Source: a virus. From it: 64,000 nt of DNA. The translations under genes and the position numbers were made by a program. The DNA is taken from IMG/VR virus record IMGVR_UViG_3300009512_000010, positions 1 through 64,000 of that record, one strand, 5' to 3'. Below the pieces are notes generated by a model that was given only the letters and a program-made list of their open reading frames with translations, made no database searches and was not told the DNA's origin. Below are positions 38,581-48,417 of this stretch, in pieces (position 1 is the first letter of the stretch; the number at the start of each line of letters is the position of its first letter).

Positions 38581-39209
38581 TACTTCATCATCTCTTTAAT
38601 TACTTCTTTACCCTTACCGCCTGTCCAATGCACGATAGCCGCATCGTCAAACCCTGGGTACTTATCTTGTATATCTAGGCGTAGGAAATTGTACCTTGCT
38701 GGCAAATGATTGATATGGGTAATCTCTCTGATGGGATCCCCACCAAGCATCCAATTCAACACTTCCTGATCACCAACTTCATTCGTTAGACCATCTTTGA
38801 TGTATCTAGCCCATTCAGATAGAATAGGTGGAATACCTTCAAACCCCACAACACCACTGTTGTACCAAGTACCACGATCACCACGTCTTGTAGTCCATGG
38901 ACGATCTACTGCCATAGTCAACTTCTGAGATGAAATGTGATTAAAGATACCGTCTAGGTTCTTCTTAACTTCGCAATCGCTGTCGATCCACACAACCTGA
39001 TCTGCAATAGCGGAAGCATCCATCATAGCGGCAGGTTTCTTAAACCAACCCTGTAGATCCTGTCTGAAGGTGTCAAACTCATAGACTGCTAGTTGCGCAT
39101 CTGGATTGTGTAGGGTAAAGTTTTCTTCGAACCACGGCAACATCCAATCAGTCTTTTTATCAGCCCCTGTGATATAGAGTTTGTTAAACTGCTTCTTAGA
39201 TAATGCCAT
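38580..39209 (-). CDS. Glycosyltransferase, GT-A fold (GT8-like)
   Basis: WFKKP, WIDSD, YNSGV, GDQEVLN, IVHWTG. Confidence 0.85.
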   Translation of the reverse strand: MALSKKQFNKLYITGADKKTDWMLPWFEENFTLHNPDAQLAVYEFDTFRQDLQGWFKKPAAMMDASAIADQVVWIDSDCEVKKNLDGIFNHISSQKLTMAVDRPWTTRRGDRGTWYNSGVVGFEGIPPILSEWARYIKDGLTNEVGDQEVLNWMLGGDPIREITHINHLPARYNFLRLDIQDKYPGFDDAAIVHWTGGKGKEVIKEMMK

Positions 39210-39837
39210 AGTCTTCTCCATAATTATGTTTGGCTAGACAGCCTGTCTCATTCTGAATAGTAGTAAAACTATCGTCACAGTCTACAGGCCATGGATAGTA
39301 CTCTTCTAGCCATGGGAATAGTCTGTTGTTAAGATATATATCTGTGGGTTGTGCATTGAATACCGCTTCGGCAATGATAGCTTCAGCACCCCTTGGAGTG
39401 ACTGCATATGCGTGTGCTCCGGGTAAGTATTGTTTTGAAACCAATTTACCAAGACCTAGATTGGGCATAATGTATTTACCATAGGATGGTTTACCGATGT
39501 TTACCAACCCATTGAATGGCATCTTGGGGATAGCCGCCTTGACAACCGCATCGTGCTCGAAGATAATGATTGATTCATTTAGTTCCACACACTTCTTCCA
39601 CAATAGGAAGTGTGACATGAATGCCGACACAACTCTATCATATCTTGAATACTTCTCAAGGAAGTTCTTAACAGGGATGCCGTGCTTTTCTGCCAAAGAA
39701 AACACACTCTGTTCTGGTGTGATAGCGTCAAACACCTCTATACTATCATCATTATGCCGTTTAAACGACTTTATGCAACGATCAGACATCTCCACACTCT
39801 GTGGATTATCTTTTATTGTGATAACAAATGCTCTCAT
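39196..39837 (-). CDS. Glycosyltransferase family 25-like
   Basis: FDAITP, FMSHFLLWKKC, IFEHDA, GAHAYAVTP.GA. Confidence 0.85.
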   Translation of the reverse strand: MRAFVITIKDNPQSVEMSDRCIKSFKRHNDDSIEVFDAITPEQSVFSLAEKHGIPVKNFLEKYSRYDRVVSAFMSHFLLWKKCVELNESIIIFEHDAVVKAAIPKMPFNGLVNIGKPSYGKYIMPNLGLGKLVSKQYLPGAHAYAVTPRGAEAIIAEAVFNAQPTDIYLNNRLFPWLEEYYPWPVDCDDSFTTIQNETGCLAKHNYGEDYGII

Positions 39838-40529
39838 AGTGTAGTCGTACTCCTAGTACGTTGTATCGTGGTATAATACTTCTTAGTCACACCGATATTC
39901 TTAATAATCTGTCTGCACATTATAGCATCATTAGGCCATAGGCCATACTGATAACATGCTCTCAACAGATCATCTGCCCCATCTGGTGTTAGTATATATG
40001 CACTGTTTCCAGCGATACCTTGAGGCACACCCCAACCATCTATATGAGGAACTGGTTGCACCACTTCTTTTCTATTCTGTATTACATCATGAAACTGTTG
40101 CGATTTGCGTGTTGCTCCTAGTGGAGAATTAACACCTATGATATTATACCCTTTGTTTAGGTAATTGTCAACATTAAGATTGGTGGTAAATATCGCATCG
40201 TGTTCGAATATCAACATAGGTGCTTTGTTTCTAGAACATCTGTCCCACAACCTAAAGTGGCTCATAGAGCATGCTACACGTGCATGTCTATTGGCTGTCT
40301 GATATGCCACCTTCCTCAGTCCAGAAGCCATATCGTGGATCTCTCCATCCCAAGGCCAATTCCACTGAAGCTTGTATGCCTTAACCCACTCTTCAACATC
40401 GTCTGGCGTAGTGGCCTCGAAGGTCTTTATCTTAAATTTGTTATCAAACTTAGCAGAGGATGCAATGCAATTTGCGGCGGCAGTTTCGCTTACTTCGTTA
40501 CCCTTAATGGTTATAACGTGTGCTTCCAT
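39834..40529 (-). CDS. Glycosyltransferase family 25-like
   Basis: ACSMSHFRLW, IFEHDA, GNSAYILTPDGA. Confidence 0.85.
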   Translation of the reverse strand: MEAHVITIKGNEVSETAAANCIASSAKFDNKFKIKTFEATTPDDVEEWVKAYKLQWNWPWDGEIHDMASGLRKVAYQTANRHARVACSMSHFRLWDRCSRNKAPMLIFEHDAIFTTNLNVDNYLNKGYNIIGVNSPLGATRKSQQFHDVIQNRKEVVQPVPHIDGWGVPQGIAGNSAYILTPDGADDLLRACYQYGLWPNDAIMCRQIIKNIGVTKKYYTTIQRTRSTTTL

Positions 40530-41209
40530 TATAAAATACCTTTATCAACCAATGCCTGATAGTTCTTGATCTTCTCTTGCTTCGGTCCTGATGGTGTAAT
40601 CTTTGTACGTACATGGATCATACCAGCGTATTGTGGATACTCTAGGTAGTTGTCATAGCACCACTTTGGATGTAGGAACTGATCGTCGGAGATCTTAACA
40701 CCTGTTTTGAAAGCAAGTGTGTGAAAGATACCCTCGTCTTCCCATTGATACGGTTTATTGTATGCGTTCATCCAACTCTCATTACCACCAAGTCCACCAC
40801 GTAGTTTCTGTCGCAATGCTCTATCCATCTTGTAGATAGCACCACCCCAATAAGGAGCATTCATGGATCCTTGGAATGAGTTTTGTCTTACAAGCTTAGT
40901 GTGTAGATTCTGTTGAATAGGGTTGTATAGACCAACCCCCACTTCGTCAAAGATGTCCTTATCCATATTCTTTGGAACAAACATATCAATGTCTACCATC
41001 AGGACGTTGTCATAATCGTCATACTCTTCGTCTATCATGTAAACTTTTTGACAAGGTGCTGTTAGATGATCACGGAATGGCATGCCCAAGACAAGCGAAT
41101 AGTCCGCACCCACCTGTACTGCATACTCTTGAATGTTCTTTTGACTTTTCTTGTCAAGTTCTCCCATGTTGTCAAACTTGTCGAAGTGTTGTAGGATTAT
41201 ATTACGCAT
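40529..41209 (-). CDS. Glycosyltransferase, GT-A fold
   Basis: YA..VGADY, QK, YDNVLMVDIDM, DEG, IHVR. Confidence 0.75.
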   Translation of the reverse strand: MRNIILQHFDKFDNMGELDKKSQKNIQEYAVQVGADYSLVLGMPFRDHLTAPCQKVYMIDEEYDDYDNVLMVDIDMFVPKNMDKDIFDEVGVGLYNPIQQNLHTKLVRQNSFQGSMNAPYWGGAIYKMDRALRQKLRGGLGGNESWMNAYNKPYQWEDEGIFHTLAFKTGVKISDDQFLHPKWCYDNYLEYPQYAGMIHVRTKITPSGPKQEKIKNYQALVDKGIL

Positions 41210-41771
41210 CTCGTTTTAGCACCGTAAAGCCTACATTAACTATGCCACGTTCAATGATATTCCATTGACTATTGTTATTACAGAAACGCTCTAGGCAAGC
41301 TTGGAGTTCTGGTACTGAGTTGGTGTCATGTGCTACGATATACTTCTTAGCAAGTCCAGAGTGTAGATCCAACTCTTTCGTCATATGATAAGCTTTGTGG
41401 ATACTATCGATCAACAACATATCTACCTGTTGACCTACTGCACCTAGACCAGAACTATCAACTTCTTTCATAACAAGTTTAATGCCGTTCTCTCGTGCAT
41501 AGTGTTCCGCATGGGGTTGACAGAATTTGCGATAGCGGCTCATGTCGATATCCACACCTTCTACATAATCAAATCCACTTAGAAGTGCATTGGCTAGTGT
41601 GCCGCCTTGGTGCGTACCCAACTCACGATAGGAAGAACATTCAGATGCATAGAACTTGATTGCATCATGTTGACCACAATAATCATCACCATGCGCACCT
41701 TCTTGACCGCTACGGATCTCATCATAAAATTCTACCAAGTTCTTTACGTGGCCTAGTTCAACGTTAATCAT
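41202..41771 (-). CDS. Class I SAM-dependent methyltransferase (Methyltransf_24-like)
   Basis: ELGTHQGGT, DMLLIDSIH, YIVAHDT. Confidence 0.82.
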   Translation of the reverse strand: MINVELGHVKNLVEFYDEIRSGQEGAHGDDYCGQHDAIKFYASECSSYRELGTHQGGTLANALLSGFDYVEGVDIDMSRYRKFCQPHAEHYARENGIKLVMKEVDSSGLGAVGQQVDMLLIDSIHKAYHMTKELDLHSGLAKKYIVAHDTNSVPELQACLERFCNNNSQWNIIERGIVNVGFTVLKRDA

Positions 41772-41808
41772 ATTAATTCCTCTTCAAAGTATTCGATGTT
41801 ATCTATAC

Positions 41809-42597
41809 TCATAGGTTCCACCCCTCAACAGGTTTGTTAGCAATATCTTTCATAGTCCACAGGGTAAAATCGCCTTTACCTCGTATCTGTACATGTACAA
41901 ACTTAGTATCTTTTGTTCTTAAATCATTGATAGGTCTCGGATCCTGTGTCTCTGGAACGTAGTTCACTGAGCTATTCCAAGTATAGTCTAGCAACCCCCA
42001 ATTAACACCACACATCATTACATTCAAATAGTTCTGATCAAGTGTATAAAATCTAGGAAATCTACTAGCTCCATTTATGTAATTAGTAACCGATAACTCA
42101 AAGTTACCGACAAGAGTACGAAACTTCTTTCGTCCTTCTTTAGAATATAGCACGACACCAGAATTAAATACTCTTACTCTACCGTCTTCGGTTCTAGGTA
42201 CAGATGCGCCATATGTGCGTTTAGCCCATTCTGCCCACTCATTATCTCGTGCACCAGTAATACCACCAACATTGTATTTGGCTCTTGCTTCTGGTTGGTT
42301 CCATTCTTCGGCAATCAATACATCACGATCATTCATCTCATCAAAGATATTATCGGTAAGCCCATCAATAGGAATGATATCGCAATCTGCAAATAGGATG
42401 TTGTCATACTTATCAAACTCAGGATCAATCACTGGACGAAATGCGCCATAGTATGGATTGCTCTTAATCCACCCCTGATTATCATCAAAGATATATTCAG
42501 CACCAATTCTTTCAGCATAATCTTTCATAAGAAGAACACCAGCCGCCACACCAGTGGTTACCTTACCCTCATAGTACTGATATATTAGATTAGACAA
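41809..42597 (-). CDS. Glycosyltransferase, GT-A fold (GT8-like)
   Basis: YDNILFADCD, FNSGVV, DQNYLN, WN, FVH. Confidence 0.82.
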   Translation of the reverse strand: MSNLIYQYYEGKVTTGVAAGVLLMKDYAERIGAEYIFDDNQGWIKSNPYYGAFRPVIDPEFDKYDNILFADCDIIPIDGLTDNIFDEMNDRDVLIAEEWNQPEARAKYNVGGITGARDNEWAEWAKRTYGASVPRTEDGRVRVFNSGVVLYSKEGRKKFRTLVGNFELSVTNYINGASRFPRFYTLDQNYLNVMMCGVNWGLLDYTWNSSVNYVPETQDPRPINDLRTKDTKFVHVQIRGKGDFTLWTMKDIANKPVEGWNL

Positions 42598-43375
42598 TTT
42601 TCTTCAACTCCTCTACGTTCTCGCCCCTATCAGGTAGTTTATCTTTAAGGAAGAAGTGAATGAAGTGTGCGTCTTTCAGAAGTTCATTAGGAATAGCAGT
42701 GTACAATGCATTAAACTTATAGTCTAAATGCTTTACCTTCATACCAGTCATATTAATGAATGTGTTAAGTAACGTCTGATCCGTAGACCATTTCCATGTG
42801 CCCTTACCATCAACGAATGCTTTAAACATAGGTTGGGTGATCCACTCTTTGGGTGACATACCATTTAATTGTTTTGAGAACGATTTATTCATAACCATCA
42901 TACCCATGTTCATAAACGCACCACCATTAGGATGATTGAAGTCGAAGTCCATACCAGACTGACCGTCAAGAGAACCATACTGCATTCTAGAATAGTTACG
43001 GATCTTATTAGCGTATTGGGGAGTTACAGGCATCTCACGTTCATAGACACCACCAAAGTCATGATCATCTAACTCGTCAAACACATTAGGGGAGTTCTCA
43101 CGAATGTAGATGTCACTGTCGATGATAGCGATCTGATCATACTCAGGGAAATACTCAAAGGCATTCTCTTTCTCAAAGATAGGTAGATACCCCAAACGAG
43201 AAGCACCCTCACTACGATTGGTAGTAAAGGGATCTGGTTTGATAAACAGTTTAGGTGATGTCAGTAGAACATAATCGGCGTTAATGCTATCGGCATATGC
43301 CTTTACACTCTCGGTACACCAATTGTATAGGTTGGACGATTGCCCAACATAGACTTGATAGATCAATCTTTTCAT
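42590..43375 (-). CDS. Glycosyltransferase, GT-A fold (GT8-like)
   Basis: YDQIAIIDSDI, NMGMMV, DQTLLN, FIHFF. Confidence 0.82.
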   Translation of the reverse strand: MKRLIYQVYVGQSSNLYNWCTESVKAYADSINADYVLLTSPKLFIKPDPFTTNRSEGASRLGYLPIFEKENAFEYFPEYDQIAIIDSDIYIRENSPNVFDELDDHDFGGVYEREMPVTPQYANKIRNYSRMQYGSLDGQSGMDFDFNHPNGGAFMNMGMMVMNKSFSKQLNGMSPKEWITQPMFKAFVDGKGTWKWSTDQTLLNTFINMTGMKVKHLDYKFNALYTAIPNELLKDAHFIHFFLKDKLPDRGENVEELKKIV

Positions 43376-43389
43376 AACAAACTTTCATA

Positions 43390-43758
43390 TTACTTCTTAG
43401 CGGCATTAGACTTGATAGCGGCGGCACCAAAGAATGCCGCAATTATTCCTGCAACTGCAATGAAGTACACACCAGCCATATCACCAAGGATCTTGGCGGC
43501 ACTGTCTACTCCAAACACAACTGCTAGGATAACCGCAAATGGATAGCCTAACATTCCCACGAGACAGAACCATGCCATGGCTCTTTGGGCGTCTTCCTTC
43601 TTGTCTTCATTCTCAAGACGGATTAGACGCTCTTGTCGTGCTATTTCTGCATCAGTAATGATACCGTCATTATTAGTATCAGCACTATTAAGATCTGAGT
43701 CGACACACAGCACCTTCGGGGTTACGCCGAACGAATTCGGCTTTTCTTCTATTGCCAT
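43390..43758 (-). CDS. Two-TM membrane protein with EF-hand-like loop
   Basis: DTNNDGIITDAE followed by two hydrophobic helices. Confidence 0.7.
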   Translation of the reverse strand: MAIEEKPNSFGVTPKVLCVDSDLNSADTNNDGIITDAEIARQERLIRLENEDKKEDAQRAMAWFCLVGMLGYPFAVILAVVFGVDSAAKILGDMAGVYFIAVAGIIAAFFGAAAIKSNAAKK

Positions 43759-43924
43759 TGGCTTCTCCTATAATAGCTTTAGCAATATCACAGGCTCTCG
43801 TCTTACGAGTACACTGCTTTACAAAAGCTGTTAAACTATCTATATCACTTTTAAATGACTTTTTGTTCTTAAACATAATATCGTCAAATTCTGAGCGTAG
43901 GTTCAAGATGGAGAATATGTTCAT
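43688..43924 (-). CDS. Hypothetical protein
   Basis: ORF from MNIFSIL. Confidence 0.5.
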   Translation of the reverse strand: MNIFSILNLRSEFDDIMFKNKKSFKSDIDSLTAFVKQCTRKTRACDIAKAIIGEANGNRRKAEFVRRNPEGAVCRLRS

Positions 43925-44020
43925 TTTCGTAGCTTCCAATCAGTCCAGTTGTTGATAGAATAAAATTTAGAGAAGACAAACGAGTAGTTCATCTTCCCAT
44001 TACGCTTACGTTCCCACTGT

Positions 44021-44707
44021 TTAGCTGAGTGGGTTTTTAGCTTTATCCGCCCAATAGAGATCAACCGTTTCAAGTAACTTGGGAACCCAAGTGTCACGGT
44101 GCTCTTTATATACAACAGGTTCATGTCCATCTACATCCATTATTGTTACAAGGTTTGTAATGGGCATTCCTGTACGCTCTTCCCACATAATAGCATATGC
44201 GGCTTCCTGTGCAAAGTAGCTTGTTACCCATTCACGTTTCTTAGGTCTTTTACTTGTTTTGAAATCAATTATACTAGGTACTCCGTCAAAGTATCCAATA
44301 CAGTCAACTCGTCCTGCCACACCAAGGTGTTTAGAATAGAGTGGAGCTTCTTGAATAAAGATGTCGCCAATACGCTCATCTAAGATGGGCATAAGGTTCA
44401 TCCAACTTTGTATCACATCATGTGTATATTTAGTAGGATCGATAGTTTCATTATCTAGGTACTTCTCCACAATATCGTGCACTGCCGTGCCTCGTGTGGA
44501 AGCCCGATGGGAAACCTTATTGGCTTCCTCATCTCCTACTTTTCTTCGCCATGCGGCAATGGAGTCTCGACTGAGGATTGATAAGACAGTGGTGATACTA
44601 GGATATCGATTACCTTCTGGATCGATATACGTTCTACCAGTTGACTTGGTTTCTGCCAATAGGTCTTCATACCCTAAGTCCAATGGTGTGTGGTTGAACT
44701 TTCTCAT
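44021..44707 (-). CDS. PD-(D/E)xK exonuclease
   Basis: YPSITTVL, RGTAVH, AGRVDCI, IIDFKTS, YFAQEAAYA. Confidence 0.9.
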   Translation of the reverse strand: MRKFNHTPLDLGYEDLLAETKSTGRTYIDPEGNRYPSITTVLSILSRDSIAAWRRKVGDEEANKVSHRASTRGTAVHDIVEKYLDNETIDPTKYTHDVIQSWMNLMPILDERIGDIFIQEAPLYSKHLGVAGRVDCIGYFDGVPSIIDFKTSKRPKKREWVTSYFAQEAAYAIMWEERTGMPITNLVTIMDVDGHEPVVYKEHRDTWVPKLLETVDLYWADKAKNPLS

Positions 44708-44825
44708 TCTCTAAATCCTTCACTTTCTTTTCAGTGGGCTTAATTCGAAGGTCTTTCTCTAAAGCCTTAACCTTGTTTCGTCCCATTTTCTTATTTCTTG
44801 GATCATATCTGGCGAATTTAGCCAT
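44667..44825 (-). CDS. 52-aa basic hypothetical protein
   Basis: Manual read MAKFARYDPRNKKMGRNK...; coupled to the phoH stop. Confidence 0.5.
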   Translation of the reverse strand: MAKFARYDPRNKKMGRNKVKALEKDLRIKPTEKKVKDLENEKVQPHTIGLRV

Positions 44826-45520
44826 TACCTTACTCCGTTCATCTCCTTGGTCATAATATAATCTCGTACAATCCCTGATCGTACAATGTCTTTCCAGTCA
44901 AAGTTTACAGTCGTGAAGTCTTTCATCTGCTCCAATAGGTTTAAGAAAGGGGGCAGTCCATTCTTCTCGTCCTCAAAGCGGAAATCCGACTGATGAAAGT
45001 CTCCGCAAAAGATAATCTTACAGTTGTTGCCGATACGAGTGATAACTGAATCTAGCTCGTGAAAGGTCAAGTTCTGCATTTCGTCAACGACAATGATTGT
45101 GTCGTTTAGTGTGATACCACGAATAAAAGACGTACTCTCAAAAGAAACACTGTTAGACGCTTGTAACTTCATCCATGCTTGGTTGTCTTGAAACAACTCA
45201 GTCAGGATCCCCAAATAGGGTGCGGCATAGGCTTGCTTCTTTTCGTCTTCATTTCCTGGTAGGAACCCAATGTCCCTTGTAGGAACAATAGATCTGATTA
45301 CCGTTAGTTTATCATATTCTGTCTCTTTGTCAAGCACTTCTTCAAGACCTAAAGAAATTGCTAGGAACGTTTTACCTGTACCAGCAGATCCAGACAGGAC
45401 AAGGTTATCGCCCTCTTCCCATGCTTCACACGCCAGTGCTTGGTTTTCGGTAATCGGTTCAAATTCAGCCATATTATCTAAACGTAGGATCATGCTCTTA
45501 GTCGTTTGTTTACGGCTCAT
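44825..45520 (-). CDS. phoH: PhoH-family ATPase
   Basis: GSAGTGKT, IGFLPG, FIRG.T, VDEMQN, GDFHQSD, DIVRSG. Confidence 0.95.
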   Translation of the reverse strand: MSRKQTTKSMILRLDNMAEFEPITENQALACEAWEEGDNLVLSGSAGTGKTFLAISLGLEEVLDKETEYDKLTVIRSIVPTRDIGFLPGNEDEKKQAYAAPYLGILTELFQDNQAWMKLQASNSVSFESTSFIRGITLNDTIIVVDEMQNLTFHELDSVITRIGNNCKIIFCGDFHQSDFRFEDEKNGLPPFLNLLEQMKDFTTVNFDWKDIVRSGIVRDYIMTKEMNGVR

Positions 45521-45750
45521 ATTTTCATTTTGCTTTCTCGACCTGCGTGTTTGTGCATTGATTTAGTCAAGTCTTTCCACCCATCAGAGGTCTTGGCAAT
45601 AGAACCACCAACTGAAGATAGGATCTTGGGTGTAGATAAAACTTGGGTGTAGAGGGGGTTTTCAGATAGATACTCTGTAAGCTGAGACCAAGACATTACT
45701 GTGTCCCACTCTTCATCACTACTGGTATCTCGTATTGTATATACTGGCAT
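45517..45750 (-). CDS. Conserved small protein upstream of phoH
   Basis: MPVYTIRD...SDGWKD. Confidence 0.7.
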   Translation of the reverse strand: MPVYTIRDTSSDEEWDTVMSWSQLTEYLSENPLYTQVLSTPKILSSVGGSIAKTSDGWKDLTKSMHKHAGRESKMKI

Positions 45751-45777
45751 GCTATGCTTCCATTATGTGTTACGCTT

Positions 45778-46347
45778 TTATATAGCTACGTTATATCGGA
45801 ACCAATCGGGTACGACAGAGTTAGTCCAGACCATAGAGAAACGCTCTTGCTTGGTTTGATAGAACTTACGGTATGATCCAATAGGATCTGACTTGTCAAT
45901 ACACTCTGGTGATGCACCCATAGCAAGTTCAAACGGTGTTACAATATTGCTATAGCATGTCATAGTAGGAGCACGTTTGAGCAAATCACGTAACTTAGTA
46001 TCAGTCATATGCACTTTACCATAACGTTTTGTATACTCGTCACATAGCGCAATGAAGTGTTTATAATGCCAATTGTAATTGGAGTTAGTTTTCATAGTCC
46101 ATACAGTACAGGGATGGCCTGTGTGTACAGCCTTATATAACGCTTGCTCCATGACAGGGTTTTTGAGTTCCCAATACTTTGACATAGTCTTGCCTGATTG
46201 TGATGGACGTTTGGTTAACTTACCGTCTAACATACGGTGTGCAGTCGATAGCATCTGACCACTCTCTAGGATCATCTTGACTACATGTTTGTCGCACTGC
46301 ATTTGTGCTGATTTGATTGGGCACTTATCTAATATAAAGATATTCAT
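45778..46347 (-). CDS. Pyrimidine-dimer DNA glycosylase/DenV-like protein
   Basis: MNIFILD, DKHVVKMILESGQMLSTAH, HPCTVW, EY..RYGK.H. Confidence 0.8.
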   Translation of the reverse strand: MNIFILDKCPIKSAQMQCDKHVVKMILESGQMLSTAHRMLDGKLTKRPSQSGKTMSKYWELKNPVMEQALYKAVHTGHPCTVWTMKTNSNYNWHYKHFIALCDEYTKRYGKVHMTDTKLRDLLKRAPTMTCYSNIVTPFELAMGASPECIDKSDPIGSYRKFYQTKQERFSMVWTNSVVPDWFRYNVAI

Positions 46348-46381
46348 GGTACTCTCCACCTTTGCTTAACAATGTTACTTT

Positions 46382-46418
46382 ATTATACACACGTTAGGCA
46401 AAGGTGTCAAGTGATTCG
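46382..46418 (-). promoter_or_regulatory. Sigma70 promoter with TGATTCG just upstream of -35
   Basis: TTGACA-17-TATAAT; TGATTCG at 46412-46418. Confidence 0.8.
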
Positions 46419-46423
46419 TTTTC

Positions 46424-46597
46424 CTAATTAAACTTAGCGTGTTCCGATACTACATCTGCGATATGTTGATCGATGAACTCTTTCTTTAACATGATTTTAT
46501 GAACTAGATCGGTTCTACCCTTCTTCTCTAGTTTTTTTCCATATGTTGTAAGCTCACGACTGTCTCTTTTGAGACGTTCAATTTGTGCTGATATCAT
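46424..46597 (-). CDS. 57-aa hypothetical protein
   Basis: Manual read MISAQIERLKRDSRELTTYGKKLEKKG...; AAGGA SD. Confidence 0.55.
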   Translation of the reverse strand: MISAQIERLKRDSRELTTYGKKLEKKGRTDLVHKIMLKKEFIDQHIADVVSEHAKFN

Positions 46598-46619
46598 ATT
46601 AGTAAGTTTTCCTTAAAGT

Positions 46620-46652
46620 AAAAAAGGTCAACCCACAAGTGAGACGACCTTT
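46620..46652 (-). terminator. Probable rho-independent terminator
   Basis: AAAGGTCGTCTCAC-TT-GTGGGTTGACC followed by a T run on the minus strand. Confidence 0.55.
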
Positions 46653-46679
46653 GTTATAGTTGTTATGGATGGATATTCA

Positions 46680-47105
46680 TTAGCCAGATGCATCCCTGAG
46701 TAGACCAGGAAATGCTTCGTAAACTACCTTGCGGGTCAAACCTTTTACTGCACGTTTTTGGTTAACCATATTGATCACGTGTTTGGCGTCCTCTGGATGA
46801 ATTGACTCCAGAATTTCTACAAACAAGTTCTCTCTACGGATAGGGGGCATGTTGTCCCCAGGACCACCTTTAATGAAGTTAACAAACTTCTTGTGCTGTC
46901 GGTGAAGGTTGGATGGTTCGGAACCATTTTTGTTGGGCGTATATGGTGGTGCGCCCACAGGCAAATTCCACACAATAGTGCTGTCCATAGTTCCTCGAAT
47001 GATGTCCTTTAAAGGCCAAGATTCGTTCTTCTTAAGGATCTCGACACGATCCTCTTTAGTTGATGCTTTGACTAGGTCTTCAAGCACCTCATATACTAGT
47101 GTCAT
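46680..47105 (-). CDS. Conserved hypothetical protein (DUF6433-like)
   Basis: WNLPVGAPPY, RRENLFVEILESIHPEDA, V.EAFP. Confidence 0.8.
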   Translation of the reverse strand: MTLVYEVLEDLVKASTKEDRVEILKKNESWPLKDIIRGTMDSTIVWNLPVGAPPYTPNKNGSEPSNLHRQHKKFVNFIKGGPGDNMPPIRRENLFVEILESIHPEDAKHVINMVNQKRAVKGLTRKVVYEAFPGLLRDASG

Positions 47106-47950
47106 TAAATAAACTCTCCTACACTTTCAATTAATAATCTACATCTGTTAGTCAAGAGATAGTTAAGAACCTTGGTGTTATTTGCCGTAGGATCTTGGCT
47201 ATCGTAGTTATTTATAATATCTTGTTTGACAACTTCTGGACATTCCTTCAAGTCGATCAACTTTCTGTTACGATGTATATTACGAAGCACTTCATCTCCC
47301 AATGCAGATGGATCTTCCATGAGCATTGCCTTCTTCTTGGCAGTCAGCGTATTCTGCCTACGCTCATCTACAAAGACATTATCATCAGACAGTACGTTAG
47401 GCACACCATCAGACGAGTCTCCCTTGAGGATGTGATCAGCTAGGAATAGTCGTGGATTTGGCTCCACTAGGAACTTTTTAGTAACCGTCGAATACTGCTT
47501 AACGTTCTTCATCGTCTGCAACTGCAAAAAGTCTTTATCTCCTGAGACGATCATGACAGGCTCGTGCTTGCCAAACTCTTGAGTTTCGTAACACAACTGA
47601 GCAATCGCATCATCGGCTTCACAGCCCTCTTGATGTATGACCTTGTATGGAAAGTTGTCACGAATGTCATCACGAACAAGATCTGAACAACGGTACACTT
47701 CATTCCAATCAACCTTGCTCTCATTACGAGTTTTCTTACGCTTGGCCTTATATTGTGGAAAGATCTCTCTACGAAAGTTATTCGTACCATTATCAGCAAC
47801 AACACAGATTTCTCCATATTCTCGCTGAAACCTTCCACGATATATGCGGATTTGGTTAAGGATCATGTGCCGCATCGAATCCTCATCAGGCAACATCTTT
47901 GAGGCTAGAAACGTACTAATCGCAACAGCATTATAATCAATTAATATCAT
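47105..47950 (-). CDS. rnh: T4-type RNase H (5'-3' exonuclease)
   Basis: MILIDYN, FPQYKAKRK, EADD, VSGDKDFLQL, GDSSDGVPN. Confidence 0.95.
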   Translation of the reverse strand: MILIDYNAVAISTFLASKMLPDEDSMRHMILNQIRIYRGRFQREYGEICVVADNGTNNFRREIFPQYKAKRKKTRNESKVDWNEVYRCSDLVRDDIRDNFPYKVIHQEGCEADDAIAQLCYETQEFGKHEPVMIVSGDKDFLQLQTMKNVKQYSTVTKKFLVEPNPRLFLADHILKGDSSDGVPNVLSDDNVFVDERRQNTLTAKKKAMLMEDPSALGDEVLRNIHRNRKLIDLKECPEVVKQDIINNYDSQDPTANNTKVLNYLLTNRCRLLIESVGEFI

Positions 47951-48126
47951 ATGAACTCTTCCATTCCCACATCACGGTGATCAATAACGAAACTCTCTAA
48001 CAGATTCGTACTGTTAGCTTCAGTAACCCAAGTCATAGCTTGCTTATCTGTATAGAAGTAAGCTTCCTTGGTAACGTCATTATATAGCTTATACTTAGCC
48101 ACAAACATTTTTTGTTTTAGTCCCAT
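47947..48126 (-). CDS. 59-aa hypothetical protein
   Basis: Manual read MGLKQKMFVAKYKLY...; AGGAG SD; overlaps rnh start (ATGA-type). Confidence 0.5.
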   Translation of the reverse strand: MGLKQKMFVAKYKLYNDVTKEAYFYTDKQAMTWVTEANSTNLLESFVIDHRDVGMEEFI

Positions 48127-48155
48127 TCGAATCGCTCCTATTTGTTATCATAACT

Positions 48156-48184
48156 AATATAGCATGTAGCAAATGGGGTGTCAA
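48156..48184 (-). promoter_or_regulatory. Sigma70 early promoter
   Basis: TTGACA-17-TATATT. Confidence 0.75.
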
Positions 48185-48186
48185 GA

Positions 48187-48417
48187 CTAATCGTAACCTA
48201 GACGTGCCACCTTAGAGATCTCTTTGGCCTCTTCTTCTAGTCTATCAGACCAAGCAAGCTCAAAGCCTATGAGCCTATAACAGTATTCGTGGTTCCCCCA
48301 CATGCGTTTAAGGTAACTGTCATAGATCTTTTTGATCTCATCTAAGTCATTTCCCTTGGGGATCAGGTGACCCTTGACCGCCCAATGTAGTTCATTGGCG
48401 AATTTAACGTCCACCAT
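48187..48417 (-). CDS. Hypothetical protein
   Basis: ORF in operon. Confidence 0.65.
   Translation of the reverse strand: MVDVKFANELHWAVKGHLIPKGNDLDEIKKIYDSYLKRMWGNHEYCYRLIGFELAWSDRLEEEAKEISKVARLGYD

Noticed and set aside
44021-44707. Cas4 / CRISPR adaptation gene
   Set aside because: No Fe-S cysteine cluster and no cas context; it is the common phage exonuclease next to phoH
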